The notes: generated by a model from the sequence alone, not told the origin. DNA of 64,000 nucleotides from Candidatus Peribacteraceae bacterium (GCA_035547395.1 DASZVA010000010.1:8178-72177), one strand, 5' to 3'. Numbered from the stretch's first letter, positions 10,307 to 20,036 are shown. Translations and numbers: made by a program.

Positions 10307-10734
10307 AAACCACGACCGTGAAACCAGAGGCACCGAAATGGCATCTCATCGATGCCAAGGGCGAAACGATCGGTAAAGTTGCCGTGAAGGCCGCCTCCGT
10401 TCTGCGCGGCAAGCACAAGGCGACGTTCTCGCCGCATCAGCTGTGCGGTGACCACGTGGTCATCGTCAACGCCGCCGAGGTGAAGCTGCCGCCCAAGAAA
10501 GGACTGCGCAAAACGTACTACCGCCATACCGGTTTCGTGGGAAACATGAAGATCGCGTCTCTGACGCACATGATGGAGAAGAAGCCGACGTTCGCGATCG
10601 AGAACGCCGTCAAAGGAATGCTCGAAGCAAACAGACTGCGTCGCGACATGCTGAAGCGTCTGCATGTGTACGCTGACGGCCAGCATCCGTATGAAGCCCA
10701 AAAGCCCGCTCCTTTGTCCGTCTCCCGCTCCTAA
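10303..10734 (+). CDS. rplM: 50S ribosomal protein L13
   Basis: W.LIDA, LRGKHK, GD.V.IVNA, AVKGML. Confidence 0.97.
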   Translation: MKTTTVKPEAPKWHLIDAKGETIGKVAVKAASVLRGKHKATFSPHQLCGDHVVIVNAAEVKLPPKKGLRKTYYRHTGFVGNMKIASLTHMMEKKPTFAIENAVKGMLEANRLRRDMLKRLHVYADGQHPYEAQKPAPLSVSRS

Positions 10735-10739
10735 GCATC

Positions 10740-11135
10740 ATGGCAACCCGTTCGTATTTCTACAGCGTCGGCAAGAGAAAGACCGCCGTCGCGCGCGTCC
10801 GGCTTTTCCAGGACGGCTCCGGAGAGGTGAAGGTGAATGACCAGCCGCTCAAGGCATACTTTGCCGGTACGCAGATCGAGAACGCCATTGCCCCTCTGCT
10901 TCTCACCAACAACAAGACATCCATCGATATCGAGGCAATCGTCGAAGGCGGCGGCAAGTCCGCGCAATCAGACGCCATCCGCCACGGTATCAGCCGCGCG
11001 CTGCTTCTGCTCAACCCGGAACTCCGCGGTGAGCTCAAGCATGCCGGATTTCTGCGCCGCGACAGCCGCACCAAGGAACGCAAGAAGCCGGGTCTGCACC
11101 GCGCACGCCGCGCACCGCAGTTCAGCAAGCGCTAA
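10740..11135 (+). CDS. rpsI: 30S ribosomal protein S9
   Basis: G.RKTA.ARV, GGG...Q..AIRHG, ERKK.GL..AR..PQFSKR. Confidence 0.98.
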   Translation: MATRSYFYSVGKRKTAVARVRLFQDGSGEVKVNDQPLKAYFAGTQIENAIAPLLLTNNKTSIDIEAIVEGGGKSAQSDAIRHGISRALLLLNPELRGELKHAGFLRRDSRTKERKKPGLHRARRAPQFSKR

Positions 11136-11457
11136 ATTAGGAGTCAAAGGACAACCTACGGTTTTCCTTTGGCTAGAAATCCTTTCCCTATAAGGAGTCG
11201 CTTAATCGTGGGGCCCGCAAGACCCACGATACGCGACGATATTTTGAAATTATAAATATGATTGAAAAACCATAAGCTGTAGCGACATCGCCTAATTCCA
11301 TTTTGAGAAATCTCAATTGAAGTAATGCATCCATGGTTAACTTACAGCTGCTGAGTTCTTGAGCGCGATGTCCCCCGCGGTTTGTCAGGAGGGTAACGGG
11401 GGTGTCGGGGGTGCTAGGGAACCGGACAAGGTTCCCTGCACCCCTGACGAAAATAAA

Positions 11458-11482
11458 AGAAAACCCCGCTGTGTGCGGGGTC
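11458..11482 (-). terminator. Intrinsic terminator for the 11541-11897 gene
   Basis: Minus strand reads GACCCCGC-acaca-GCGGGGTTTTCTTTT. Confidence 0.7.
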
Positions 11483-11540
11483 GTGTGTGTTTGTGTGCCG
11501 TGAGGAGTGATCCGCCTTCGCCGAGGCTTCGGCGGATGAA

Positions 11541-11897
11541 TTACACCAGCTGCATCTTCACGAAGTAGAGGCTCTGGCCTTCAGGGGTATCGAGGACAAA
11601 TTTGGCGTCGAGCGTGGTCAGCTGCACAATCGTCTGACACATGCGCAGAAGCATCCGGGGAGGGAGTCCGACGCCGGATTCCAGACAGGCGGCACACAGG
11701 CCGGCGGCGTCCTTGGATCGCAGATATGATTCACCCTTCGCGTGAATCACATTACAGAGCGACTCCTGCACCTGCAGAATGTAGCGCTCCACATAGCTTT
11801 CGAGCGTCTCGACCGGCAGGTCCTGGACTTCCGGCAGTGCCTCGATGATGTCGAGGTCTTTGTGGATCGCATGGGCGATGCAGGTCTCGATGGACAT
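11541..11897 (-). CDS. Hypothetical protein
   Basis: 118-aa ORF from ATG 11897 with host-like codon usage; upstream TATACT -10 box. Confidence 0.7.
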   Translation of the reverse strand: MSIETCIAHAIHKDLDIIEALPEVQDLPVETLESYVERYILQVQESLCNVIHAKGESYLRSKDAAGLCAACLESGVGLPPRMLLRMCQTIVQLTTLDAKFVLDTPEGQSLYFVKMQLV

Positions 11898-11995
11898 AAT
11901 GGATGTTGGTATGTGTTTGTGAAATCTCCTCAGTATAGCAAATTTGCACGGATTCTTCAAGGGTCTTGAAGCGGTCGGGATTACAATGAAAGGCC

Positions 11996-12685
11996 ATGCT
12001 CTCCATTCGCTCCGTCCATCCATGGGTGATTCCCCCGCGGGAGGCGATTGCCCTGCAAAAACGCCTCAGTCAGGAAGTGCTCCAAATTCCGCTGCCACGT
12101 GACAATCCTGCCCGTTTTATCGCGGGACTGGATGTTTCCTCCACCCGGTTTGATCCGCTGCTCACGGCCGGAGTGGTCGTCTGGGATCGATTGATGAACA
12201 GGGTCATTGAGACGGCTTCCGCCCAAGCCGATGCGACATATCCGTACATTCCGGGACTTCTGTCGTTCCGTGAAATCCCGGTGCTCGTGCAGGCAATTGA
12301 AAAACTGAATACGGTTCCGGATATTTTCTTTGTCGACGGGCAGGGCAGAGCGCATCCGCGGCGCATCGGCATTGCGACGCACATCGGCATTCTGCTCGAT
12401 CGGCCGACGGTCGGCGTCGGCAAAAGCCGGCTCTGCGGGGCTCATGAAGAAGTGGGCGACGGCATCGGCGATGCAGCTCCGCTCATCGATCAGGATGAAA
12501 CCATCGGTATGGTGATACGCACCAAGAAGCGCAGTAACCCGCTCTACATCTCGGTCGGGCATCGCATCGACCTCTCATCATCCGTACGTCTCGTGATGGA
12601 ATCGCTGCGCGGCTATCGGTTGCCGGAGCCTACACGCCTCGTGCATAACTATGTGAATGATGTTCGAACAGGAGTGATGGTGTAA
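11996..12685 (+). CDS. nfi: Endonuclease V
   Basis: AGLDVS, PYIPGLLSFRE, DGQG.AHPRR.G.A.H, YRLPEPTR. Confidence 0.96.
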   Translation: MLSIRSVHPWVIPPREAIALQKRLSQEVLQIPLPRDNPARFIAGLDVSSTRFDPLLTAGVVVWDRLMNRVIETASAQADATYPYIPGLLSFREIPVLVQAIEKLNTVPDIFFVDGQGRAHPRRIGIATHIGILLDRPTVGVGKSRLCGAHEEVGDGIGDAAPLIDQDETIGMVIRTKKRSNPLYISVGHRIDLSSSVRLVMESLRGYRLPEPTRLVHNYVNDVRTGVMV

Positions 12686-12787
12686 TACAATGTAAGGTAA
12701 AATGAGCGAATGTAGAATGTAAAGTGAAAGAAAATTCCTTCATTCTACATTTTTAATTTTTAAATTTTTCATTTAGTTCTTGTTTAT

Positions 12788-13303
12788 ATGAGCTTCATCA
12801 GAATTGCCATATTTATTTGTTCACTCGTCTGCATTCCGTTGGCATCGGCTCACAGTGACCAGCCGTCATACGAAAAACAGATCGGTCCGTACCTGCTTGA
12901 TATCGGCTACAGTCAGGCGCCGGTGCCGGGTCAGCCTGTCAGATTTGATTTTGACCTTTACACGAACACGGGGGCGGACGTGAACTACGCTTCCTTCAAT
13001 GACATTACATTTTCGATTACGAAAGACGGACAACTGATCGTCTCACAGACAATTCAAAACACCCAGCCGAACGTGCCGACCTACACATACACGTTCCCGA
13101 CGGAAGGTGTCTACGCCGTTGCCGTGACGTATGAGCGGGGGAAAGACGCGCCGCTCTCAACGTCCTTCGATCTGCGCGTGAGCAATGTATCGGGATGGAT
13201 CGGAATCCTCGACAGTGTCTCGCATCAAATCGCAACAATCTTCCTGGCGATCGTCGCAATCGTCGTCTTCACGATCATGATCCTGCAGCGCAGGAAATCA
13301 TAA
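12788..13303 (+). CDS. Secreted, membrane-anchored protein (Ig-like domain with C-terminal TM)
   Basis: Signal peptide ending ASA-H, beta-rich core (YTFP.EG.Y), C-terminal TM plus basic tail. Confidence 0.75.
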   Translation: MSFIRIAIFICSLVCIPLASAHSDQPSYEKQIGPYLLDIGYSQAPVPGQPVRFDFDLYTNTGADVNYASFNDITFSITKDGQLIVSQTIQNTQPNVPTYTYTFPTEGVYAVAVTYERGKDAPLSTSFDLRVSNVSGWIGILDSVSHQIATIFLAIVAIVVFTIMILQRRKS

Positions 13304-13663
13304 GTAGCTGCTCACTTTGCTGATGATGCCGTCGAGCTTGAGTTCGTGTTTGACCAGATAGTCCTTCACGCCGTACGTCCGGCTTTTTTCAATATAGGCG
13401 TCCGTGCGGTAATTGGTGAGGATCACCACTGGAATCGATAATTTGTTCTTTTTGAGATGTTCGAGGACCGTGAAGCCGTCGCCGCCCGGCATGCGGATAT
13501 CGAGGACGATCAGATCCGGCACCGATTCCTCGATGGACGTGATTGTCGTTTCGCCCGTTGCGGTACTGCGAATCACCGCATCGGAGTTTTTCTGTTCCAT
13601 GCCGAGGCTCACGATCTGCATGATCATCGGGTCATCATCCGCGATCAGAATGGTCTTTGGCAT
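13298..13663 (-). CDS. Single-domain response regulator (receiver)
   Basis: ILIADDD, PDLIVLDIRMP, ILTN, YLVK; no output domain. Confidence 0.92.
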   Translation of the reverse strand: MPKTILIADDDPMIMQIVSLGMEQKNSDAVIRSTATGETTITSIEESVPDLIVLDIRMPGGDGFTVLEHLKKNKLSIPVVILTNYRTDAYIEKSRTYGVKDYLVKHELKLDGIISKVSSYL

Positions 13664-13810
13664 AGGATATGTGTGTACGATAACATTATAGCATTTTTTA
13701 TATATTTAGCAAATTGCTCCAAAATACGTAGGCAATGCATGTTTTGGTCCGTCAGCATTCAGGAAGTGATTGACTCGTCTGTTGAATACGGTACAAAGAA
13801 AAGAGGCATC

Positions 13811-16132
13811 ATGGATGATTCCAGCACACGACGGCCGGCTCCGGGTATCTCGCCGCGCGAGGTGCGGATCCTGGTCAAAGACGTGCTCGATGAGCGGCCG
13901 CTGATCGTCGTGTCCAACCGTGAGCCGTACGAACACAGTCGGGAGAAGGATCGCATCGTGACGAAAAAAACCGTCGGTGGACTCGTCTCGGCGCTCGATC
14001 CGCTTTTGCAGGAATTGCATGCGACGTGGGTTGCCTGGGGCAGCGGCAATGCGGACGCGGAGACAGTCGACGAACACGACGGCGTGATGGTGCCTCCGGA
14101 TGATCCTTCCTATCGCCTGCGCCGCGTGTGGCTCAGCGATGAGGAGGTGCGGCTTTTCTACGAAGGACATGCCAATCAGACGTTGTGGCCGCTGTGTCAT
14201 CTGGAAACCGAAAAAGTCCGTTACTTCCGCCAGGAGTGGGACAGTTATCAGGCGATCAACAGACGGTTCGCCGAAGCGGCGGTGCAGGAATTGAAAGGAA
14301 GGCCGGGCGTCGTGTGGTTTCATGATTATCAATTCGCGACGGCACCGTCGATGCTGCGTCATCTGCAACCCGATTCGTTTATCCTTCAGTTCTGGCACAT
14401 CCCCTGGCCGCCGTGGGAAATCTTTCGCCAGCATCCCCAGCGCAGGGCGATTCTGGAGGGCATGCTCGGCTGCGATCTGATCGGCATGCACATCGATCTG
14501 TACTGCGAGAACTTTCTCGACTGCGTGCGCAGGGAACTCAACGTGCCCGTTGATTTTGAGCGGGGATTCATCGTGATCGACGACCGCACGGTGCGCGTGC
14601 GCGCGTTTCCGATCAGCGTGGATGCAGAGCAGCTTGACGAGCTTGCACGGTCCGCCGCCGTGGAGCGCAGCCTGGAAAAAGATCGCATAAAGTACGCGCC
14701 GGCCGGTCAAAAAATCGGCCTGGGGGTCGAGCGCGGCGATTACACGAAGGGGATTTTGCTGCGCCTGAAGGCGCTTGAGCAGTTGTTTTCGCTCTATCCG
14801 GAGTATCGCGAGCGGTTCACATTTATTCAGGTGACGCCGCAGTCGCGCGAACAGATTCCCGCCTACGCCGCATTCCAGCGGGAAATGAGCCGCGCCATCC
14901 AACACATCAACGCCCTGTACGGCACGGCATCCTGGCAGCCAATCGTCCACATCCGCACGGCGAAGTCGACATTCGAACTGTCGTCGCTGTTTCGCCTGGC
15001 GGATGTCGCGGTCGTCAGCGCGCGGCAGGACGGCATGAATCTGGTCGCCAAGGAATTCATCGCATCGCGCTGCGACGAACGGGGGACACTCATTCTCAGT
15101 GAATTCGCGGGCGCGTCCGAAGAAATGCCGCAGGCGCTCATCATCAACCCCTACGACGTCGAGACGTTCGCGCACACGATGCATCGGGCGCTCACCATGA
15201 GCGACGCCGAACAGACCCGGCGCATGCGCCAGCTGCGGCACTATCTTTTTCAGAACACGATCTTCGACTGGATCGAAACGATTTTTTCCGAAGTGGCGGA
15301 GCTCAAGCATCAGGGGGAAGCGGGGGAGCCGCTGATGCTTCTGGATCATTTGGAGGATATCAAAGAAGCGATGGACCGCTTTCCGCACGTGGAACTCTTT
15401 TGCGATTATGACGGCGTGCTCTCGCCGATCGCGTCGCGGCCGTGGGACGCACATCTCGACGATCAGGTGCGCGAGTATCTGACAAAGCTGCGCGACAGTG
15501 CGTCGGTGCACGTGAGCGTCATCAGTGGACGATCACTTGATGATCTGATGGATCTGGTGAAAGTCGAGCGCCTCACCTACGCCGGCAATCACGGACTCGA
15601 GATCAGCGGCCCGAGAGTCGAGCGCATCCACGAAGACGCGGAACATCTTCATCAGCTTATGCAGACCGTGTACGACGCGATGCGCGAAGCGATGCGCCCG
15701 TTTGCGGGTGTCATCGTGGAGGACAAGCAGCTGGGCGTCGCGCTGCATTACCGTCTCGCCGATCCGCAGATCGTTTCGGACGTGATCAACGTGTTCTATC
15801 GGGTGCTGGAACAATTCAACGGCGAGAATCTGCTGCGCGCGACGACGGGCAAATCCGTGCTCGAGGTGCGTCCGAACATCGCGTGGGACAAAGGCCGCGC
15901 GGTGCTGTGGCTGCTGCGCATGATCCATGGAGCCAACTGGCGCGAGGACGTGCTGCCGTTTTATCTCGGCGATGATGTCACGGACGAAGACGCCTTCCGC
16001 GCGCTGCGGCACAAAGGCATCACCGTGCTGGTAGGTCCCGTTCCGCCCCGCGGCACCGCGGCCCAGTACCGCCTTGAACACACCAGCGACGTCACCGCAT
16101 TCCTTGAATGGATGACGCAGGCGAGAGAATAA
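13811..16132 (+). CDS. otsA: Bifunctional trehalose-6-phosphate synthase/phosphatase (OtsA-OtsB fusion)
   Basis: GT20 motifs (VVSNR.P, GGLVSAL, HDY, FWHIPWP, DGMNLVAKE, LSEFAGA) plus a HAD domain (DYDGVL, DKG, GDDVTDEDAF). Start uncertain (13739 or 13811). Confidence 0.93.
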   Translation: MDDSSTRRPAPGISPREVRILVKDVLDERPLIVVSNREPYEHSREKDRIVTKKTVGGLVSALDPLLQELHATWVAWGSGNADAETVDEHDGVMVPPDDPSYRLRRVWLSDEEVRLFYEGHANQTLWPLCHLETEKVRYFRQEWDSYQAINRRFAEAAVQELKGRPGVVWFHDYQFATAPSMLRHLQPDSFILQFWHIPWPPWEIFRQHPQRRAILEGMLGCDLIGMHIDLYCENFLDCVRRELNVPVDFERGFIVIDDRTVRVRAFPISVDAEQLDELARSAAVERSLEKDRIKYAPAGQKIGLGVERGDYTKGILLRLKALEQLFSLYPEYRERFTFIQVTPQSREQIPAYAAFQREMSRAIQHINALYGTASWQPIVHIRTAKSTFELSSLFRLADVAVVSARQDGMNLVAKEFIASRCDERGTLILSEFAGASEEMPQALIINPYDVETFAHTMHRALTMSDAEQTRRMRQLRHYLFQNTIFDWIETIFSEVAELKHQGEAGEPLMLLDHLEDIKEAMDRFPHVELFCDYDGVLSPIASRPWDAHLDDQVREYLTKLRDSASVHVSVISGRSLDDLMDLVKVERLTYAGNHGLEISGPRVERIHEDAEHLHQLMQTVYDAMREAMRPFAGVIVEDKQLGVALHYRLADPQIVSDVINVFYRVLEQFNGENLLRATTGKSVLEVRPNIAWDKGRAVLWLLRMIHGANWREDVLPFYLGDDVTDEDAFRALRHKGITVLVGPVPPRGTAAQYRLEHTSDVTAFLEWMTQARE

Positions 16133-16148
16133 GAGGTACAATTTGCGT

Positions 16149-16655
16149 ATGGAGTTGATCGAACCATCCTTGTCATATGCAGCGAGCTTTGAAGAAGGCA
16201 TCGAAGAATTTCACAGTGATCATGTGCCCGGCTTTCTCAATAACGGTGAACCGCTGACGGATGTTGCTGCCTATATCGAACTGACAAAAAAGCAGGCGCG
16301 AGGGGAAGCGTTGCCCGAAGGATGGGTGCCGGCAACGACCTTATGGCTCATTGATCATGATGAGTTCATCGGCAATGTGAACATTCGTCATCGCATGACG
16401 GATACACTCGCAAAGCGCGGCGGCCATATCGGTTACGCCATCCGTCCGTCGATGCAGGGCAAAGGCTACGGCACTGAAATGCTCCGACTGGCCCTCATCG
16501 AAGCACAGAAGCTCGGCATCGACCGGGTGCTCATTACGTGCAGCAAAAACAATCCCGCCTCACGCCGCGTCATCGAAAAAAACGGCGGCGTATTGCAGGA
16601 TGAGATCGACGTGGACGGTGAACCGGTGCTGCGGTTTTGGATTGATAATCGATAA
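16149..16655 (+). CDS. GNAT family N-acetyltransferase
   Basis: GHIGYAIRPS..GKGYGT, N.AS.RVIEKNGG. Confidence 0.9.
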   Translation: MELIEPSLSYAASFEEGIEEFHSDHVPGFLNNGEPLTDVAAYIELTKKQARGEALPEGWVPATTLWLIDHDEFIGNVNIRHRMTDTLAKRGGHIGYAIRPSMQGKGYGTEMLRLALIEAQKLGIDRVLITCSKNNPASRRVIEKNGGVLQDEIDVDGEPVLRFWIDNR

Positions 16656-16661
16656 TGTCGA

Positions 16662-17006
16662 TTAGGAATGCAGAGGTACGTCAGTCGTATCTGAACGTTT
16701 GAACACGGTTTTTCCTGTTCGTATTATTTTGTATACCGCTTTGCAATTCGGATCCGGATCCGCGATGAATGCATCCGTACTCATCCAGTCCTTTTCATCC
16801 GTGACGCGTTGTTTGGCAGCAAGAAGCGGCAGCAATGCTCCAATGGCATATAACGAAAATCCCTGTTTTTCAGGAATGAAAATATCTTCACCGATCACTT
16901 CAAAATAGTCACCGACCTGATGCTTGCCGATAATCTTTCCGCTTTTTTCCGAAATTTCGATTCGCAAGTTATAGAGCTCGAATGTTGCTTCGGATGAGGA
17001 TTCCAT
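16662..17006 (-). CDS. TIGR04076-like conserved protein
   Basis: FELY.L..., GDYFE, FS.YA...LLPLL.AKQR....DWM.TD..IA.PDP pattern, recognised from memory. Confidence 0.7.
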   Translation of the reverse strand: MESSSEATFELYNLRIEISEKSGKIIGKHQVGDYFEVIGEDIFIPEKQGFSLYAIGALLPLLAAKQRVTDEKDWMSTDAFIADPDPNCKAVYKIIRTGKTVFKRSDTTDVPLHS

Positions 17007-17054
17007 GATGTGAGTGTGCACGATATATGTTTGTTTTGAAAGAAGTAGAGCTCC

Positions 17055-17146
17055 GAACCGGTGACCCTAGGTTTACGATACCCATGCGCTGCGCGCAGAT
17101 GTATTTTTTGCGACTCGCGTAAACGCTCGTCGAACAGCTGAGCTAA
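17055..17146 (-). pseudogene. Degenerate partial copy of tRNA-Thr with insertion in the D-loop
   Basis: 30/36 nt identical to the adjacent tRNA (D/anticodon/T region), then about 45 nt of insert, then CTGAGCTAA. No acceptor stem. Confidence 0.65.
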
Positions 17147-17153
17147 ATTTTAA

Positions 17154-17228
17154 TGGAGCCACCTCGGGGATTTGAACCCCGGACCCTCGGTTTACGATAC
17201 CGATGCTCTACCACTGAGCTAAGGTGGC
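17154..17228 (-). tRNA. tRNA-Thr(CGT)
   Basis: GCCACCT acceptor stem, anticodon arm TCGGT-ATCGTAA-ACCGA, GGTTCAAATCC T-loop, encoded CCA. Confidence 0.96.
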
Positions 17229-17352
17229 ACGACTGTTCTACTGCGAAAAAGAACGGACTTTTGGGCTCCCATTGTGGGTGTTTTGGGTTTCCGAGGCAAG
17301 AGATTTCGAACGGGGGATTTTGAAGGACAGTTCGGGCTTCTAGGCTGGGTGT

Positions 17353-18435
17353 ATGACGCAAGATACGGCACTTCTCTTCTGGTGGCTCGGGATTCTGACC
17401 AAACGGCGCTACGACGTGCTCAAGCAGGTTTTTGGCAATCTCGATGAAGTCATTCCCGTGCTGAGCATGGACATTCTGCGCGAACTGAAATTGCGGCAGA
17501 AAACGGCGGAGGAAACCATGGCGCGGATTCAGCTTCTTAACATCGATCGCTACAAAGCCGAGATGCAGAAGCATCGTGTCGGTCTGATCTCCATTGAAGA
17601 TCGCCTCTATCCGTCCGCGCTGCGCGAGATCGCCGATCCTCCGGTGTTCCTGTCGTACCGCGGTGATCTGTCGATACTGGATCAACCGCTCCTCGGCATC
17701 GTCGGCACGCGCGAGATCAGCAGTTATGGCAGGAGAGTAGTGGAGACGTTCGTGCCGTCACTTGTGCGTGCGAATCTCATCACCGTGAGCGGGCTCGCAC
17801 TCGGCGTCGATGCCGCGGTCGCGCAGCAGACGATCAAGGCGGGCGGCAAGACGGTTGCGGTTCTCGGCGGCGGCCTTTCCTCCATCTATCCGCACACCAA
17901 TCGAAAACTGGCCGAAGATATCGTTCGCCACGGAGGATTATTGCTCAGTGAATTTCCGCTCGAAATGAAACCCGACAAATACACATTCCCCTCGCGTAAC
18001 CGGATCATCGCAGGTGTAAGCCTCGGCACGCTCGTCTGCGAGGCGCCGGTCGAGAGCGGATCGATCATCACAGCGGATCTCGCGCTCGATTACAACCGCT
18101 CTGTCTTTGCGGTGCCGGGTTCCATCTTCGACGAGCAGTACAGCGGATGTCATGAGATCATTTCTCAAGGACACGCTCGGCTCGTGGTCCGGCCGGACGA
18201 CGTGCTCCGGGAACTCGGAATGATTCCGTCGGTGCGCGAAGAATCGATGTCCTTCACGCCGGCAAACGCCGATGAATCGATGCTCTTCACGGTGCTCAGC
18301 GGCATGCCGCAGACAATCGATGATCTGGTGGAGAAGACGGGACTGCCCGCGTCGTACGTCTCCGTCACGCTCACCATGCTCGAGCTCAAGGACGTCGTGC
18401 AGAATATCGGCGGCGGACAATGGGTGCGGCGCTGA
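17353..18435 (+). CDS. dprA: DNA-processing protein DprA
   Basis: YP..LREI.DPP, IVGTR, VSGLALGVD, FP.RNRII.G, SGS.ITA; C-terminal wHTH. Confidence 0.96.
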   Translation: MTQDTALLFWWLGILTKRRYDVLKQVFGNLDEVIPVLSMDILRELKLRQKTAEETMARIQLLNIDRYKAEMQKHRVGLISIEDRLYPSALREIADPPVFLSYRGDLSILDQPLLGIVGTREISSYGRRVVETFVPSLVRANLITVSGLALGVDAAVAQQTIKAGGKTVAVLGGGLSSIYPHTNRKLAEDIVRHGGLLLSEFPLEMKPDKYTFPSRNRIIAGVSLGTLVCEAPVESGSIITADLALDYNRSVFAVPGSIFDEQYSGCHEIISQGHARLVVRPDDVLRELGMIPSVREESMSFTPANADESMLFTVLSGMPQTIDDLVEKTGLPASYVSVTLTMLELKDVVQNIGGGQWVRR

Positions 18436-18492
18436 CATTGCCTGAAGGATCGGGACGCGCGTACAGTGTGAATCAACCTTCCCCTCTCTCCC

Positions 18493-19269
18493 GTGTCCTC
18501 CCAACCCAAACGTTTCGGTGAAATATTCTCCGTCACATGGGCGTTCTTTCGAGCGAACATGCAGCCCATTTTGATCGGCGCGATCGTGTTCGCGATCGTT
18601 GTCGGCGTGCTGCAATTTCCCGCCGCCGCGTACCGGACGGGTGATACGCCGAACGCGTGGAGCGTCCTGCTGTCTTTGATCGCGACGATCATCACGCTTG
18701 TCAGCTACGTCTATTACCTGCTCATTGCGACGAAGAAAAAGATCGAGGTCGGATCGCTGTTTCAGGAGGCGCTGCAACGCTGCGTTCCTTTCATCGGTCT
18801 GTCGATCTGGGTCCTGCTGCGCACCTTTTCGTGGATTGCCATCATTGGATTCATTTTGCTCGGCGTCGGAAACGCGATGCACAACGACCTGCTGCTCCCG
18901 ATCGGAATGCTCCTGTCGCTGGTCGGCATCGTCTGCGCGATCGTGCTCGGTCCGCGCTACGCCTGTGCGCCCGCAGTCTGGGCGATGGAAAACAAGGGCG
19001 TTTTCGCATCCGCCAATCGCAGCATGGAGGTGACGCGCGGCTACTGGGGCAAGGTGCTCGGCAACATCATCCTGCTGTCGGTGCTCTGCTCAATCGTCAT
19101 CGCCGTCATCGGAGCGATTCTGTCGCCGCTCTCGCTCGTGAGTGCGCCGGCGCTCGACGTCGTCATCGGATTTCTGAGCCAGCTGTATCAGGCGTTCTTC
19201 TCGATCTTCCTGGTGCAGCTGACACTCACGCTCACGGCAAACCCGCGGGCAAAGACGGCCAAGGCATGA
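18493..19269 (+). CDS. Integral membrane protein (about 6 TM)
   Basis: Multiple hydrophobic helices; E..G...S..RS...TRG.W motif typical of GDPD-membrane-domain-like proteins. Confidence 0.75.
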   Translation: MSSQPKRFGEIFSVTWAFFRANMQPILIGAIVFAIVVGVLQFPAAAYRTGDTPNAWSVLLSLIATIITLVSYVYYLLIATKKKIEVGSLFQEALQRCVPFIGLSIWVLLRTFSWIAIIGFILLGVGNAMHNDLLLPIGMLLSLVGIVCAIVLGPRYACAPAVWAMENKGVFASANRSMEVTRGYWGKVLGNIILLSVLCSIVIAVIGAILSPLSLVSAPALDVVIGFLSQLYQAFFSIFLVQLTLTLTANPRAKTAKA

Positions 19270-20025
19270 TCACTTCTTGAGATTTGCGAGCCCCTCGAGC
19301 GCCTTGAGCGCTTCGATCGGCACCATCCAGATCGTCGTGTTCGACTGATCGGAACTTAAGTCATTGATGCTCTGCAGCGTGCGCAGATGCAGTGCGCCCG
19401 GCACCTTGGCGAGCATCTCGGCCGCCTTGGCCATGTTGGCCGCCGCGCCCACTTCGCCTTCGGAGTTGATGATCACCGCCTGCTTCTCGCGCTCCGCCTC
19501 GGCCACTTTGGCGATCGTGCGCTTGAGGGAATCCGGCAGCACGATGTCGCGCAGTTCCATCGACTGCACATCCACGCCCCACTGCTCCGACACTTTATCC
19601 ACCGCCTGCTTGATGTTCTCGCTCACCTGCTGCTTGTTTGCGAGAAGTTCATTCAGCTGCACTTCGCCGACGGCATTGCGCATGGTCGTCTGGGCCAGCT
19701 GCGAGACCGCGTTGAAGAAATCCTCCACCTCGATCACGGCCTTGCCCGGGTCCTTCACGCGGAAATAGATGACGGCGTTGATGCTGATCGGAATGTTGTC
19801 CTTGGTGATCGCTTCCTGATTCGGCACGTCGACCGCCTTGATGCGCACGTCCACCTTGGTCATCGTTTGAAACACGGGAATGATGACGTGCCAGCCGGGA
19901 TTCCAGATCTTGCTGTATTTTCCCATAAAGAAGATGACGCCGCGTTCATATTGATTGACCTGGCGGATGCAGCTGAAAACCAGAATCAGAACGATGATGC
20001 CGATGAGGGTGAGCGTAAAGTACAT
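19270..20025 (-). CDS. SPFH/stomatin (slipin) family protein
   Basis: N-terminal TM, YERGV, Q..ITKDN, QLAQTT.R, AEAERE, AL.LR.LQ. Confidence 0.93.
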   Translation of the reverse strand: MYFTLTLIGIIVLILVFSCIRQVNQYERGVIFFMGKYSKIWNPGWHVIIPVFQTMTKVDVRIKAVDVPNQEAITKDNIPISINAVIYFRVKDPGKAVIEVEDFFNAVSQLAQTTMRNAVGEVQLNELLANKQQVSENIKQAVDKVSEQWGVDVQSMELRDIVLPDSLKRTIAKVAEAEREKQAVIINSEGEVGAAANMAKAAEMLAKVPGALHLRTLQSINDLSSDQSNTTIWMVPIEALKALEGLANLKK

Positions 20026-20036
20026 GCGGGAAGGGG

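Noticed and set aside
11140-11460. tmRNA, RNase P or SRP RNA
   Set aside because: No tRNA-like T-arm/CCA end, no GAGGAAAGUCC-type RNase P motif and no SRP domain IV motif were found. Kept only as an unassigned structured candidate.
13457-13810. N-terminal extensions in the ORF track (otsAB, also 42117-42359, 8515-8721, 4295-4375)
   Set aside because: They overlap neighbouring genes or promoters and lack family similarity. Downstream ATGs fit better.
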